Part shown: positions 26,096 to 40,043 of the stretch, in pieces
Layout: the number at the start of each line of letters is the position of its first letter
Numbering within the stretch: position 1 is the first letter of the stretch
Assembly (NCBI GenBank): GCA_951406725.2
Contig: OX597820.1
Coordinates: forward strand, 114,204,001 to 114,268,000
From: Octopus vulgaris
Taxonomy: Eukaryota
DNA: 64,000 nt
Direction: 5' to 3'
Translations under genes and position numbers: made by a program
Notes under the pieces: generated by a model
The model's input: only the letters and a program-made list of their open reading frames with translations
Database searches by the model: none
Told to the model about the DNA's origin: nothing

Positions 26096-28453
26096 ACTTA
26101 ATTACTATCTGAAACTGATTTCCGGCAATGTATGCGTGCGTGCGTGTTTTCTTCCCTCACTCCACTTGCATGTAGGTTGGTAGGGACAACATTGTGCTTC
26201 TGGGAAGGAAATACAACCTTGAAACACCCAACTGTAGCTTTTCCCTCGTAACGTTGCTCGGCTCCTTGGCCGTAATTAAACAATATCAGCTATTGTTGTC
26301 AGCTGTTATTTAGCATGGTTTGGGGAATATAAAATCCAGCGAGGATCCAGTTGCTTATAAATAAGGTACCTTAACGTTATTAGGTAAACCGCATCGATTA
26401 GTCCCTCTTTCGCAACGTATTTGATACTTATTTCTCTGAAGCCAAACTTTCTAGATAAGAGATTGATTCTATCTGTTGAGTAAATTGAACCGCGTATTCC
26501 TTTCTTACCAGGGATATATTCTCCCTCCACATTGTTATAAGAAGTCGTTTCGTTGGTTCCTTCACCCTCATTTACTGCTTAGAAGTAATGTAGACTGAGT
26601 TAGATTGTTTCTTTCAAAAAAAAGGAGAGAGAGAAAAAAACTAGTTGCCAACGTACGAAAGAAAATCATTACCTATTGAACGCGGGCATAGACGTATAGT
26701 TAAGAAATTCGTTTCGCAACTTTGTGCTTCAGAGTTCGATTCCAGTGCGCGACATCTTGAGCAGATATCTTTTACAGTACGCTTTCGTTGAAAAATGTTT
26801 TTGTGGGTGGAATTTAGTCGACCGAAACTGAGGGAAGTTATCGCGTGTATGTGTTTATGTATTGTTTGTAGTGCAAATGCTCAGCATCACCGTTTAATGT
26901 CTTTTCCATGCGTACAGAGGTGAAACGGAATTTGTTGTCACCAACTCTCGACCTGGAAACAAACATCGCTTGTATGACGGTGATGCTCGTTTACAACAAA
27001 CCGTGTCGCTAAGTCACAAGAATAGACACACATACATCATCATCATTTAACGTCCGTTTCAGTTTCTCTCTACCAAATCCACTCGTAAGGCTTTGATTGG
27101 TGTGGCCCTTCAGTAGAAGCCACCTTTGGTGTCACACAGTGGGACTGAACCCAAGACCACATGGTTGGGAAGCAAGCTTGCTTCTCAACCACACAGTCAC
27201 ACAAGTATCTATGTGGAGTTATAAGCAAAGTAGTGGAGATGTATATGGATCTAACAGTGTTGTATACACCCAGGCCTGTCTAGTATCATATGTGCCATCT
27301 GTGACCATATTGTTTTCCCTTTTTTTTTTGTTGTTTAATTTTCAGTCATAGAATATCAAGGATTTGGACTACGTCATCTAATGTGTCCTTCCTTGTTTAT
27401 GACATTAAAATGAGACTTGGTTTATATTTTTAGCAGCTTGAGAAACTTAGGTAAAGCTCCCTCATTGCTACTGTTATTGTTTAACTTGTGATGTGATGCA
27501 TAAAAGGCACATATGCTGGTGACAGGTAAAGGACACCCAGCACACTCTGTGGAGTGGTCGGCAGTAGGAAAGGCAGCCAACTGTAGAAACTAAGCCAAAA
27601 CCGACTGGGGTCTGATGCAGCACTCCGGCTTTCCAGTCTGGTCAAACTCTAGCTCATGCCAGCATGGAAAATGGATGCTGAATGATGATGATGACAGGTC
27701 AGCCCTGATGCAGCAGATCTCAGTGGTGATCAATATTGTATCTAGCACCTTGTTATCTAACGTGTCCTTCCATGATTAAGAGACTAGAGGGGGTTTGACT
27801 GCTACTCCTTGTAGGTTGAATGAACAATAAGAGGCATCCTCATTGGATTGTCAGCATGTGTTTAAAGGACATGGAAAGAAAGTGGTAATTAGGAACTGTA
27901 CTTAAATGATGGAGGCAATGGAATTGTGACCAAAATGTATGGTGTTTGTTTACATTTTGTGTGGCAAAGATGATTCCTGTTATATGGTACAATACAGTGT
28001 TTCTCATGGGGAAAGGCCTGTGAGGAGCAGACTGCATCATCACCATTGTTGACTAATGTCCACTTTTCCATTGTTGCATGAATCAAACAGATTTTCTACA
28101 GCTCCCTGTTACCAACCAAGCAAACTAATATATTTCCCTCATGCCCAGACATGATTTTCACAGAATACTGGAAATAAACAACATTGCTTATATGATGGTA
28201 ATGCTCATTTACAACTGTTACATGAGCTACAGACAAGGGTGCACACATGTGCAAGAGTGCATTTTGCACCAAAAGCCAATATGAGAGTTTCTCTCTTGGT
28301 ATCTTCCGCAGTATAGTTTGTTCTAACAGAACATTCGTGTTTAAGTGGGAATAAATATTACATCTTGGTATCAATACTTGCTCTGTTGCTAATATATATT
28401 TTTATACACTTATAAAGTCCCAGCTGACCAAAGCCTTGTCATGGATTTGGAAA

Positions 28454-28488
<35 letters not shown>

Positions 28489-29515
28489 TCCCAAATCCAC
28501 TCATAAGACTATGGTCAGCCAGGGCTATAGTAGAAGACACTTACTGAAGGTGCCATGCATTAGAACTGAACCCAAGATCACATGTCCAACACCATACATG
28601 ACAAAGAAAGAAGGATTATGTGAATGCAAATTCTATCTTCTCATTAATGGAAATAGGGGGAAGAAGTATTTCACTAAAATTTGGGTGGGGTGCTTGTTTT
28701 TGTGAGTATGAGAGCCAGTTGTTCTCAGACTGGCTGTAATGTGGTCATATTGTTTTAAAATTTTAAAGGCTTGCATGGCTGAATCCATCCATTATCAGAT
28801 GGAAGGTCAGCATTTTCTGTCCTGCTTCCAAGTGCTACACAGTGACCATGATCGGCTCATTTATGTCTAAACATCCTTTTCGAGATAAAATTCTCTGCTG
28901 TAGGAAACCACAGTTTCTTGACTGATACTATCTTTAACCTTTCGATGAAACTGCATCCTGTTTCCACTTCATCCCTTCCTTTCAAAACCACCTGTATTCA
29001 AACTTGAAGGGAAACCTCAATAATTACTTCAGTTAAAGTTGTTACAGGGCAAAATTTCCATCATAGTTTCATATAAAAACCTTTTTTAAAGTTATGTTCC
29101 AAACAATTATTTAATACAATCCGTCCATTAAACAAGTAAAAAGTTACTGCTAAAATTCCTCCAAAGTTTTGGTTATTTTGAATTCTCTCTAATGCTGGTG
29201 TAGAATGCACCCAGTACTGGCTGTAATGTGGTTGGTAAATGACTAAAGAATGCAAAGGGTTCCGAGTTCCCTTTTATTCAACCGCTTTAGTGTTGGTAGC
29301 ACAAGAAAACACACCCAATATATAGTGTAAAGTGTTTTGCAATAGAAAGGGCATCCAGCCATAGAAACGAATTCAAGTAACACATATGAGAACAAGTCTG
29401 TGGAAACGGTCACTCCCAATAAGAAAAGACCTGTCCAACCTATGTCTGCACAGAAAGCAGATGCAAAATGACAGTAATGATATAAAAACACTGACACACA
29501 TAGGCAATGCATTCT

Positions 29516-29737
29516 ACTCTTACTCTTTCTCTTTTACTCTTTTACTTGTTTCAGTCATTTGACTGCGGCCATGCTGGAGCACCGCCTTTAGTCGATCAAA
29601 TTGACCCCGGAACTTATTCTTTGTAAGCCCAGTACTTATTCTATCGGTCTCTTTTGCCGAACCGCTAAGTGGCGGGGACGTAGACACACCAGCATCGGTT
29701 GTCAAGCAATGCTAGGGGGACAAACACAGACACACAA

Positions 29738-29768
<31 letters not shown>

Positions 29769-29918
29769 CATATATACGACAGGCTTCTTTCAGTTTCCGT
29801 CTACCAAATCCACTCACAAGGTATTGGTCGGCCCGGGGCTATAGCAGAAGACACTTGCCCAAGATGCCACGCAGTGGGACTGAACCCGCAACCATGTGGT
29901 TGGTTAGCAAGCTACTTA
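29516..29918 (-). mobile_element. tRNA/CORE-like SINE with central microsatellite
   Basis: Near-identical to 18392-18789. Confidence 0.9.
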
Positions 29919-30038
29919 GTTACAATTTTACAAAAATATTGTCTCAAAAGCAAATAAGACATACTAGAGAAGGAGAATGACTGAGTAATGGTGGTGGTGG
30001 TGGTAGAGGTGACAGCTGCATTTTACATTTGTTAACCT

Positions 30039-30406
30039 TTAACCCTTTAGCATTCAAATTACTTTGTCAAATGTAATGCTTATTTATTCACATTGTTTTG
30101 AATTAATCAGGCATTACCTCGTAGCTTTGAGATTTTGGTGATGAAAAACAGAATTCTTGGGCTGGATGTAGCCAGTTTAATCCTTTAGCATTCAGCTTAC
30201 TCTCTCAAATATAATGCTTATTTATTCACATTTTTATGAATTAATCAAGCATTGCTTTTCTATCTTTGAGATTTCAGTGATGTGATTGTTCATTATTTTA
30301 TGACATTGCAAGGTAGGTGTAACAGGCTGGATCTCAGTTCAGTTTGAACATAAAACAGGTCGAATATTTGGGCTGGATATGACCAGTTTAAATGCTAAAG
30401 GGTTAA
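30039..30406. mobile_element. piggyBac-like MITE, partially tandem-duplicated
   Basis: ttaa|ccctttagcatt ... aatgctaaaggg|ttaa, with an internal restart cctttagcattc at ~30182. Confidence 0.75.
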
Positions 30407-32244
30407 TAAAAATGATTTTTGGATGGATCCTGTGTTCTGTACTTCAGTAGACTTTGAGAAAGCTGTTATAGTATACAAAAGGTCTAAATATTGAATGAAG
30501 ATATATATATATGCTTAGTACACAGTTGTTTTGTACATTTGGTGAACTTTGCTTGTATTGACCTTTATCACAGAACTGACCAAGTATCTGTGGCTATATT
30601 GTCTTAAAATTTTATGAGTAGCCAAAGAAGTTCATTATCAAACAACCGTCTGGAAAGTCAGCAATTTTGTCCTCCATTCCATTGTGAAATGATGTCCATG
30701 ATTAACTCACTTATCTCTTAACAGCCAAATGAGTTACAACTCGCTGTTGTATGTAACCACCTTTTCTTGGCCAGTTGTACTGAGTTATACGTATCCTATA
30801 GAAAAATTCCCTCTGATAATATTAAATCATTTTCAGCGAGAGTGTTGTCTTTCATTCTTTTTACACTACAGAAATTAGTCCTGTACATTTTTGTGTCTAA
30901 GGAAGTAGTGAGGGCTTTGTTGGGGGAGATTTGGTTCTCATTGAGCATGCTGAGTGACTATGCAGACATTCCTTTGTTGTTCCAATGAAAAGATTAAAGC
31001 ATAAGCATGTCCTTGATAGCTTGGTTCCTTATTGTCATCATTAAAACCTGAAAGAGTTTGTAAATGGATGCCTGTAAGAAAGGATAATTTTCACAACCTG
31101 AGTCTCAGTAACACAGTTGTTGCCATACATCTGTTAATACACTTTTTTGTTTCAGTTATTTTTGAACATAAATGAAGAATTTACTACAATAATTTTCCCA
31201 TTTTAAGATTGTACTTTAAACATAAATTAATATGAAATTTTAATGGTGAGTCTTAATTTAGATTACTCTAAAAAGAACAAGTTTGTCATAGAGGTTGTCT
31301 TAATTATTGGTATCAAAGGGGTTACTAAATCAATCCAGGTATTCTAAATATAATTTTAAAAAATTTTATTGGAAAGAATTAAAGAGTTAATTTGCAATGA
31401 TAACATTAGAGAAAGGTTGAGCAAGTAATTGAGCATAAAAAATTAAAAGTATCAATTGTCAGTTTTCTGAAGAGACCATGGCATAGCTGACATCTGATAA
31501 TTGAAGAAGTACTGGGTGTTGCGAGTCATAGATGTACACAGTAAGGGTACACCAACAAGACCTAAGAGGAGAGAGAGAGAGAATGGATCTTTGGTTAGGT
31601 CTGATGCGTATGAAAAGTTACGTAGAACATTGATTTGAAGTCCAGTTTAAGTCGTGCCAACATGGACATGTGTACATGACACCTATGATAAACAAATGGA
31701 CACAATATGTTAATACCTTCGTTTTCAGCTAGCTGATTTATATTATTATTATTTTTGTTTCCCCACCCCCCACCACACACATACATGGTCAGCCCTGATC
31801 AAGTTGACCTGTAATGAAAGGAATTTTAGCCATGATCATCCCACTCTTTTGTATATCCAGGACTACATTGTCTAATATGTCTTTTGTTTTTAAGATGACA
31901 CTGTTATTTGAAGGCTATGTGGCTGTTATTTTTAACCAGGCAAGTAACTTCTTAGAGGCTCTCATTGGTTCAACTGACTAATGTATGTTTGTCAAAGATA
32001 TAAACTGGATGTGTCTGCAAAACATTTGTTTGATTTGAAGTATCCTGTCTCATATTGTCTTCCTATTATGTGATGTACCTTTAAAGAAATAACAGCTTTA
32101 GCATTTCCCATTTGTATTGTTTGAAATGTTCTGAAACAGCACAATTAAATGGTACATTTCTTTATATTTCAGTGCCAAGCGCAACTTGCTGAAGTATCGG
32201 ACCTATAACTCAGTGATCATTAAAGAGAGATTCACCTCTGAAAA

Positions 32245-32964
32245 ATGGAATTGTTGCCAGATTCTGAAGCTGAGCCATACTACTGTGGAGTCTGTGGCAA
32301 AGAATTTCTTGTTCATGCGTTATTGGAGAAACACTTGAAAACCCATACAGTAGAGAGACGTTTCTCTTGTGACATCTGCGGGAAAGACTTCTTGAAAAAC
32401 TCTCACCTGACAAGACACATAAGAACACACACGGGTGAGAAGCCTTTCCACTGTGACATCTGCGGCAAGGATTTCTCCGAGAATTACACCTTAAAAAACC
32501 ACATAAAAACTCATACTGGAGAGAAACCTTTTCATTGTGATATATGTGATAAGGATTTTACTGAAAGATCCACATTGAAAAAACACCTGAGGATTCACAC
32601 CGGGGAAAAGCCTTACCATTGCACGTTGTGTGGGGACAGCTTTACGGACCATTCCACTTTAAGATGTCACCTGAAGAAACACACAAGAGAAGAGAAATCA
32701 TTCCAGTGCGAGACCTGTAGCAAGAATTTCACTACTAAAGCCGCTTTGAAAGGCCACATTCGAATACATAAGAAGGAGAAAACGTTTCCTTGCAAGGAAT
32801 GTGGGAAAGAATTCTCACTTAGCCTCCAATTAAAGGCACACATGAAAACACACGCCAAACCTGAGCCACAGCTGAAATCGAATATTTTACGCTGTAAGAT
32901 ATGCGGGGACAACTTTCTGGACAATGTTGCTTTAACAAGTCATCTAAGAATACATAGAGACTAA
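32245..32964 (+). CDS. C2H2 zinc-finger protein A, 239 aa, 8 fingers, no recognisable effector domain
   Basis: Intact ORF with 8 CX2CX12HX3H units and TGEKPF/Y linkers; in-frame stop just upstream of the ATG; splice acceptor tttatatttcag ending 32172. Confidence 0.95.
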   Translation: MELLPDSEAEPYYCGVCGKEFLVHALLEKHLKTHTVERRFSCDICGKDFLKNSHLTRHIRTHTGEKPFHCDICGKDFSENYTLKNHIKTHTGEKPFHCDICDKDFTERSTLKKHLRIHTGEKPYHCTLCGDSFTDHSTLRCHLKKHTREEKSFQCETCSKNFTTKAALKGHIRIHKKEKTFPCKECGKEFSLSLQLKAHMKTHAKPEPQLKSNILRCKICGDNFLDNVALTSHLRIHRD

Positions 32965-33291
32965 TTTGTGTTTTTATTTGGGCTGAAAGATGGTATAAGT
33001 TTTTTTTTTAAATTAATATTTTCTTTTGTATTTCAACTCAATAATAATGATGATAATAATAATAATATTTCAAAGAAAATTTGATTTAACATTTTTTATT
33101 GCAAATTTTTTTGTCTCCATAGATTACTTTCCCTTCCATAGAGGAATGAAGCTATTTAACCCAGTATTTCATGAGAGAAGTAAATAGAATTTGTCAGAAT
33201 AACAAGTCACCCTTGTCCTTGACATAACACTGCTCATGACAAAAACAAGGATAATTTTTAATGTAGGCACAACAAGGCCATAATATATTAA

Positions 33292-33512
33292 CCCTTTCAT
33301 TACCAGCCCGGCCAAAACCGGCTCTGACTCTGTAGTACAAATGTCTTGTTTTCATAAGTTTTGCATTAAAGTATACCACCAAACCTTAGTCGCAATTTAT
33401 ATACCTAACACTAGCTGAATGATAACTGAGTTATTTTACTAAATTCTTTGTTATATTTAAAATAATTGAAAGACACACAGAGCATCTCAAAATAAATACA
33501 GTAACGAAAGGG
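33292..33512. mobile_element. piggyBac-like MITE, 221 bp
   Basis: TTAA|ccctttcattac ... gtaacgaaaggg|TTAA; same family at 44910-45116 and 45856-46077. Confidence 0.85.
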
Positions 33513-34717
33513 TTAAAGAGATTTCTAGTCAATAAAACTAACTTCAGTTTATCCAGGACCACTAAGAATTAACAGTCATAAGGTATATAACGAAATACTA
33601 CAGGGCATTTTGTCTACCACTCTGATGGTTCTGCCATCCAGTTCATTCATTTTTACATCTGTTATTTTTTTAAAACCAGTGTGGACAAGAGGCTTATATT
33701 ATTGAAGTACTATGTAATAGTTGAATACCCTTTCTGTTGATAAGCTTCACCTATTTTAAAAGTAAGGGACTGTGTGCCTGTGTATGTATGTATGTATGCA
33801 TGCACAGCGCGCGTGCGGTTCTTTCAGTTTCTGTACCAGATCAACTCCTAAGGCTTTGGTCAGCCTGACTCTTATAACAGAAGACACTTTCCCAAGGTGC
33901 TGCATGCATGGACTGAACCTGGAAGCATGTGGTTGGGAAGTGAACTTCTCAACCAACATCCATGCTTGCACCTGTGTTCTTAATAATAATAAGGACAATT
34001 TCTTACACACTGAAAAACCACAGGTTGTGGTGAGAGAGGTGTTATCAGTTGAAACAAGTGTATTACTGGTACTTATTAAATTAAAGCCTAGCAGGATTTG
34101 AACTGAAAATATATAGGGATGTAACTTTATACCTCAAGGTATTATTAGTTCACAACTTGATCAATTTCGACCATGCCCAATATTCATAATAATAATAATA
34201 TCTTAAATTGATGCAACACAAATGTGTAGGAGTGTGGCATAGTTGATTGAATTCTCAATATATTACTGATATTTTTTTATTAACTCTAATGGGATGAAAA
34301 ACAAAAGGTGAATTCAGACCATAAATAACTACCACATTTAATTCAAAATTCTACTGATTCTAATATTTACTGCCTTAATCCTTAAGTATTTAAACTGGCC
34401 ATATCTGACCCAAATAATCTACCTGTTTCATGTTCAAACTGGCTAGATATGCTTATGCATACAGTGTTCTAAAATCAATCACATTGCCAAAATTTTGAAG
34501 CTATGAGACACTATGATTTATTCAAAACAATGGGAATAAATAAGCATTATATTTGATAGAGCAGTCTGAATACTAGAGAGTTAATTATATTCTTTAACTG
34601 GCATAAAGGCTAAAGAAAGGAGGTTATGGTGATCAGATTGACACTTGTTCAGCGTAAAGCCTCTTACTGTTGGACACTCAAGACAACTGATACCTTTTCT
34701 TCATATCTTGATAGAAT

Positions 34718-35230
34718 CATCATCATCATCATCGTTGTTTAACGTCCGCTTTCCATGCTAGCATGGGTTGGACGGTTTGACTGTGGGCTGGCGAACCAGA
34801 TGGCTGCACCAAGCTCCAGTCTTGATCTGGCAGAGTTTCTACAGCTGGATGCCCTTCCTAACGCTAACCACTCCGAGAGTATAGTGGGTGCTTTTACGTG
34901 CCACTGGCATGGGGGCCAGTCAGGCAGTACTGGCAACGACTTCACTCGAATTTTTTTACACATGCCAACGGCACAGGTGCCAGTAAGGCGAAGCTGGCAA
35001 CAATCACACTCGAATGGTGCCTCCTACATGCCACCGGCACGGAAGCCAGTTGGCTGCTCTGGCAACGATCACGCTCGGATGGTGCTCTTAGCACCCTACT
35101 AGCACGGGGAACAAGTGCCAGTAAGGCGACGCTGGTAACGATCACACTCGAATGGTGCCTCTTATGTGCCACTGACATCGAAGCCAGTTAGCCGTTCTGT
35201 CAACGACCATGCTCGTATGGTGCTCGTGCC
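34718..35230 (-). mobile_element. RTE LINE 3'UTR fragment with internal tandem units
   Basis: Same family as 8424 and 14187. Confidence 0.8.
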
Positions 35231-35680
35231 TCTCATCAAATTTCACTTTGATTTTGAGAAAAAATTTTTACATTTATGACTTATGATTGAATCATGGGCA
35301 ATGGTGTATGGTGATTATTCACTCAGAGCATATGTACTGTGCTACCATGTTGAACCAACTACGCGGCCATGAGTATTATTCAGAAATAAACACAAGGACA
35401 TCATTATCTCTAAGTGTATATTATTAGATCATCATCATCATAATTTTAATGTCCACTTTTCTGTGTTTGCATGGATTTGATGGAGTTCATTGTGGGAGAT
35501 TTTCTACGACCGAATATCTTGCCTGTCTCCAACCCCCACCTGTTTCTAAGCAGAGTAATATTTCTCCATGGCCAGACAGGTTTTCATAGAATACTGGAAA
35601 TAAACAACACTGCTAGAATGATGGTGAGACTCATTTACAACTATCATGTGATGTCCAAGACAAGGACACACACACACACA

Positions 35681-35734
<54 letters not shown>

Positions 35735-36361
35735 AACTAACAAAGAAACAACTGGTTTCTTTCAGCTTCTATCTACAAATTCTACTCAAAGCTTCAATCA
35801 GTCCAGGGCTATAGTAGAAGATACTTTGCACAACATTTCACACTGTGAGTGGGACTGAACCTCAAACCATGTGGTTAGGAAGTACATTTCCTAACTACAG
35901 CCACGTCTATACCATGTAAACAAGTTACTACCAGATTGTATCCTACTGAAAGAACAGAATTATTATGAAGAAACCAATTTCAGTTAATGAATTTATACAT
36001 GGACCTTTACAAACTCGGGATGCATTATGGTGACCTGTTGTTCACTCCATGCTATATCATGTCACAACTAGCTGTGCGTTGTGTCCCCTGCTATCTCAGA
36101 GCAACTACTAGAATATTTCATTCACAGAAGACAGAAAAAAAAAGGGGAGTCTTCCTTAATGATGCATGAGAATATTATTGAATAAGTTGAATTTTTATGA
36201 ATTTATTAGCACACAACCTTCTCAGTATACATCTATGGTCAAAGAGAAAGAATTTAGAAAAATAACCAAATATGGTAAAAACTTGGGGAGCAGGATCTGA
36301 TGTTAAACCAGGAATGTGGTAAAACCAAATCCAAAGATTTGAGTCTTCAATGATGTGACAG

Positions 36362-36750
36362 TCATCATCATCATCATCATCATCATCATTTAATGTCCGC
36401 TTTCCATGCTAGCATGGGTTGGACGATTTGACTGAGGTCTGATCTGGCAGAGTTTCTACAGCTGGATACCCTTCCTAACGCCAACCACTCCGAGAGTGTA
36501 GTGGGTGATTTTATGTGCCAACGGCACGAGGGCCAGTTTGGTGGTACTGGCAACGGCCATGCCCAAATGGTGCTTTTTATGTGCCACCTGCGCAGGAGCC
36601 AGTTCAGTGCCACTGGCGATGACTTTGCTTGAATGTTTCACGTGCCACCAGCACAAGTGCTAGTAAGGCGATGCGGTAACAATCACACTCGAATGGTGTT
36701 TTTAACATGCCATCGGCACGAAGGCCAGCTTGTTGCTCTGGCAACGATCT
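36362..36750 (-). mobile_element. RTE LINE 3'UTR fragment
   Basis: Reverse complement of the 2547-3145 type; (CAT)n tail. Confidence 0.8.
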
Positions 36751-37559
36751 CACTCACAATGATACTTATAATAATAATTTCTAAACATTGTTCAGCAAAA
36801 CTTTGTAAGGCATTGCCTACAGCCTAAGGGCTGAAACCAGTAAAAGAATAAAATAGGTACTAGGCTACATGGTTTGGAGAAAGTTATGTAGGGATATGTA
36901 CGACCGTACGTAAGGAGGTTGGTGACAAGGTCTCCTCTTTTGCGCCGCACGATCGCATCCTAACATAATAATAAGTGAAGCCATAATACATGGATATATT
37001 ATACAGTGCCAAAGGAAATGAATGAAGGATGACAAGCTGTTCTAGATGCTAACCAATCAGATCAGTGGACACAACAGGGTTAATCTAGCCAAAGATGGTT
37101 GTAATCTCAAACGAGATCATTCCTAAGGTTTTTCTCAAACAGTGAGGATATCAATATTGCTACAGTTGATTATATACTTCAAATACTCTTCTTTTCGCAG
37201 TTTCTTCATGCCTGATGATCAACATGAGAAAGAGTGGCACATCTTCTGGTTATGTAAACCAATCCTTGATGCTGCAGGCCTTTTTTTCCTGCATGCCCTT
37301 AATTTCAAAGTGAGAATCAGTCCATGCAATCAGGTTCCATTCTTTATACCTGGTGGCCTGACCACAGTGGCTCAATGGGCTAAGATGGCTGCAGTGACCA
37401 GCATGCTGAGTTTTACATTAGAGATCTTCTTACAGAGCTGGAGAGCTCCACCTACCCTGGAGTTCCCAAAGGGTATCAAAGAGGGCACCAGACTTGATTT
37501 GTTGTTGTTTACTCCTAGCCTTTTCCTTTCCCAAGAAGTTTGCCAATGTCCAGTGGCGT

Positions 37560-39836
37560 GAGGACCAAAGAACTGAAGTATTTTAGATTACAAGACAGTG
37601 TGTGAGAGAAAATTGTGATGTCTTAGGAGAGAAATGTGTCCACATGGATGATGGTGCCCTTGCTTTTGATGATTCAGAAAAGAAAGAGGCTTGGAGAAGC
37701 CATAATGAAAGACTGCTGAATGGGAAAAGGAAAGCCTGCCAAATGTTGACCCAATTCAGGGACCAGCAACCTGAATCGACAGCTCCCTGGTAGAGAAAGC
37801 AGTTAAAGGTATGAAGCCAGGGAAAGCCCCAGCCCATCAGGAATCACTGCTGAGATGCTTAAAACATCTGGTGGTGTGGGCTGTGGCCTAGTCACCTGTA
37901 TTGTAAACCAGGTAGTTCATGATGGAGTCATACCCAGTGACTGGTGTAGCAACACCATAGTCAACTGCTACAAAGGTAAAGGTGATGCTTTAGATAGAAA
38001 TAACTACAGGGGTATCAAACTGCTGGATCAGGTGATGAAGGTCACAGAGAGGGTCATAGCCCAACTAATTAGAGTGTTTGCTTAGGTTTTGTGTCAGGTA
38101 GAAGCACTACTGATGCTATATTCCTGGTATGGCAACTGCAGGAGAAATACCTAGCCAAAGATAAACCCCTATATTTGGCTTTTGTGGACTTGGAGAAGCC
38201 TTTGACAGGGTCCTTATCTGGTGGGTGATGTGGAAACTGGGAATTGACGAATGGTTAATTAGGGCTGTACAGGCCCTATACAGAGATGCCGTTAGTAAGG
38301 TTAGGATTGGTAATAAGTATAGTGGAGAATTCCGGGTAGAAGTAGGGGTCCACCAAGGATTAACCCCCTCTTATTCATCATAGTCCTCCAAGCAATAACA
38401 AAGGAGTTCAAGATACAGTACATGGGAGCTCCTCTATGCTGATGACCTGGTCTTTATAGCAGAATCACTACCAGAACTAGAGAAATTTCGGGTGTGGAAA
38501 CAAGGTTTAGAATTGAAAGGCCTTAGAGTCAATGTTGTAAAGACCAAAGTTCTAGTAAGTAGGAAGACGAACACATCACGCTGCCCCACCTCAGGTAGGT
38601 GTCCCTGCTTGACCTGTAGAAGAGGTGTAGGTAGAACCTTCATAAGATGTACCCAGTGTAGGCTATGGACACATAAGTGGTGCAGTAACATCAAAGGAAG
38701 ATTAACTGGGAAGATAGCTTTTGTGTGCAGCAAATGCACAGGGGTAATAAACACCACAGATGCTCAAAACAGATTCCATCACATGCCAGGGGGAGAAACT
38801 AGAAGTAGTTGATAGCTTCTGCTACCTAGGTGACCAAGTCTGTAGTTGGGGTGGTTGCTTAGAGAAGTGTTACCACTAGAATAAAAATAGCCTGGACAAA
38901 GTTCAGAAAGCTTCTACCCCTACTGGTGACAAAGGGCCTCTCTCAGTGAAAGGTAGGTTGTATGATGCATGTATGCGAACTACTATTCTTCACAGCAGTG
39001 AAACAAGGGCTGTGACTGCTGAAGACATGTGTAGGCTCGAAAGAAATGAAGCTAGCATGATCCACTGGATATGTAATGCCAGTGTGCACACACAACAGAA
39101 TGTAAGCACCCTGAGAGAAATGTTAGACATAAGAAGCATTGGATGTGGCATGCAAGAGAGACATTTGCATTGGTATAGTCATGTACTGTGGATGGACGAG
39201 GAGAGCTGTGTGAAGAAGTGCCACTCCCAATCAGTGGAAGAAAGACATGGGATGAAGTGGTGAAGCATGACCTTCGAATGTTGGGCCTCGCAAAGGCAAT
39301 GACAAAAGGCCGAGACCACTGGAAGTATGCTGTGACTGAGAAGACCCAGCAAATAATGGTGAGTTCACAGCTGTAACCTACACCAGCATCGCATAATCAG
39401 CTCACTCAAAAGTACTTTGGATCATAGGGTGACATGCCATGCTTGAGGAGACTTATTGAGTGAAGTACATAACATCAAATCGAATGAAATTACAATCAAG
39501 TGGAAATTGTAGTTGTGACCCTTGTGCTGGTGGCACGTAAAAAGCACCATCTGAACGTGGCCAATGCCAGTGCCACCTTGACTGGCTTCCATGCCAGTGA
39601 CATGTAAAAAGCACCATCTGATCATGGTCAATGCCAGCTCCTCTGGTGCCTGTGCTGGTAGCATGTAAAAAGCACCCACTACACTCTTGGAGTGGTTGGC
39701 ATTAGGAAGGGCATCCAGCTGTAGAAACATTGCCAGATCAGATTGGGGCTTGGTGCAGCCTCCTGGCTTCCCAGACCCCATTTGAACCATCCAACCCATA
39801 CCAGCATGGAAAAGGGACGTTAAATGATGATGATGA
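37560..39836 (+). mobile_element. RTE LINE copy 1, degenerate and 5'-truncated
   Basis: Fragments YKGKGDALDRNNYRGIKLL, LYADDL, GLRVNVVKTKV and a PHD-like Cys cluster; 3'UTR and (GAT)n tail; many frameshifts. Confidence 0.92.
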
Positions 39837-40043
39837 AGTCAGTGAGGGTTTGTGGTTGGTGTTTCTTCCATAACATGCTAATTGATCCATAGTTGGGACT
39901 TTGATGGGTATTACTACTCCGAGTCAAAGCAGGCCTCTGATCAATAATGGCTAAGTGGTGTTTCCTCACTCAAAACCCTGGAACTCCTGAACCAGGGATC
40001 CACTACCACATGCATTTTAAATGCAGATACTTGTAATGATTAT

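Noticed and set aside
28729-29232. 17-bp direct repeat actggctgtaatgtggt, 487 bp apart
   Set aside because: Could be a TSD or decayed LINE duplication, but no element ends could be defined; not a CRISPR-like array.
37212-37255. CUGAUGA...GAAA hammerhead-like spacing
   Set aside because: No stem I pairing can be formed.
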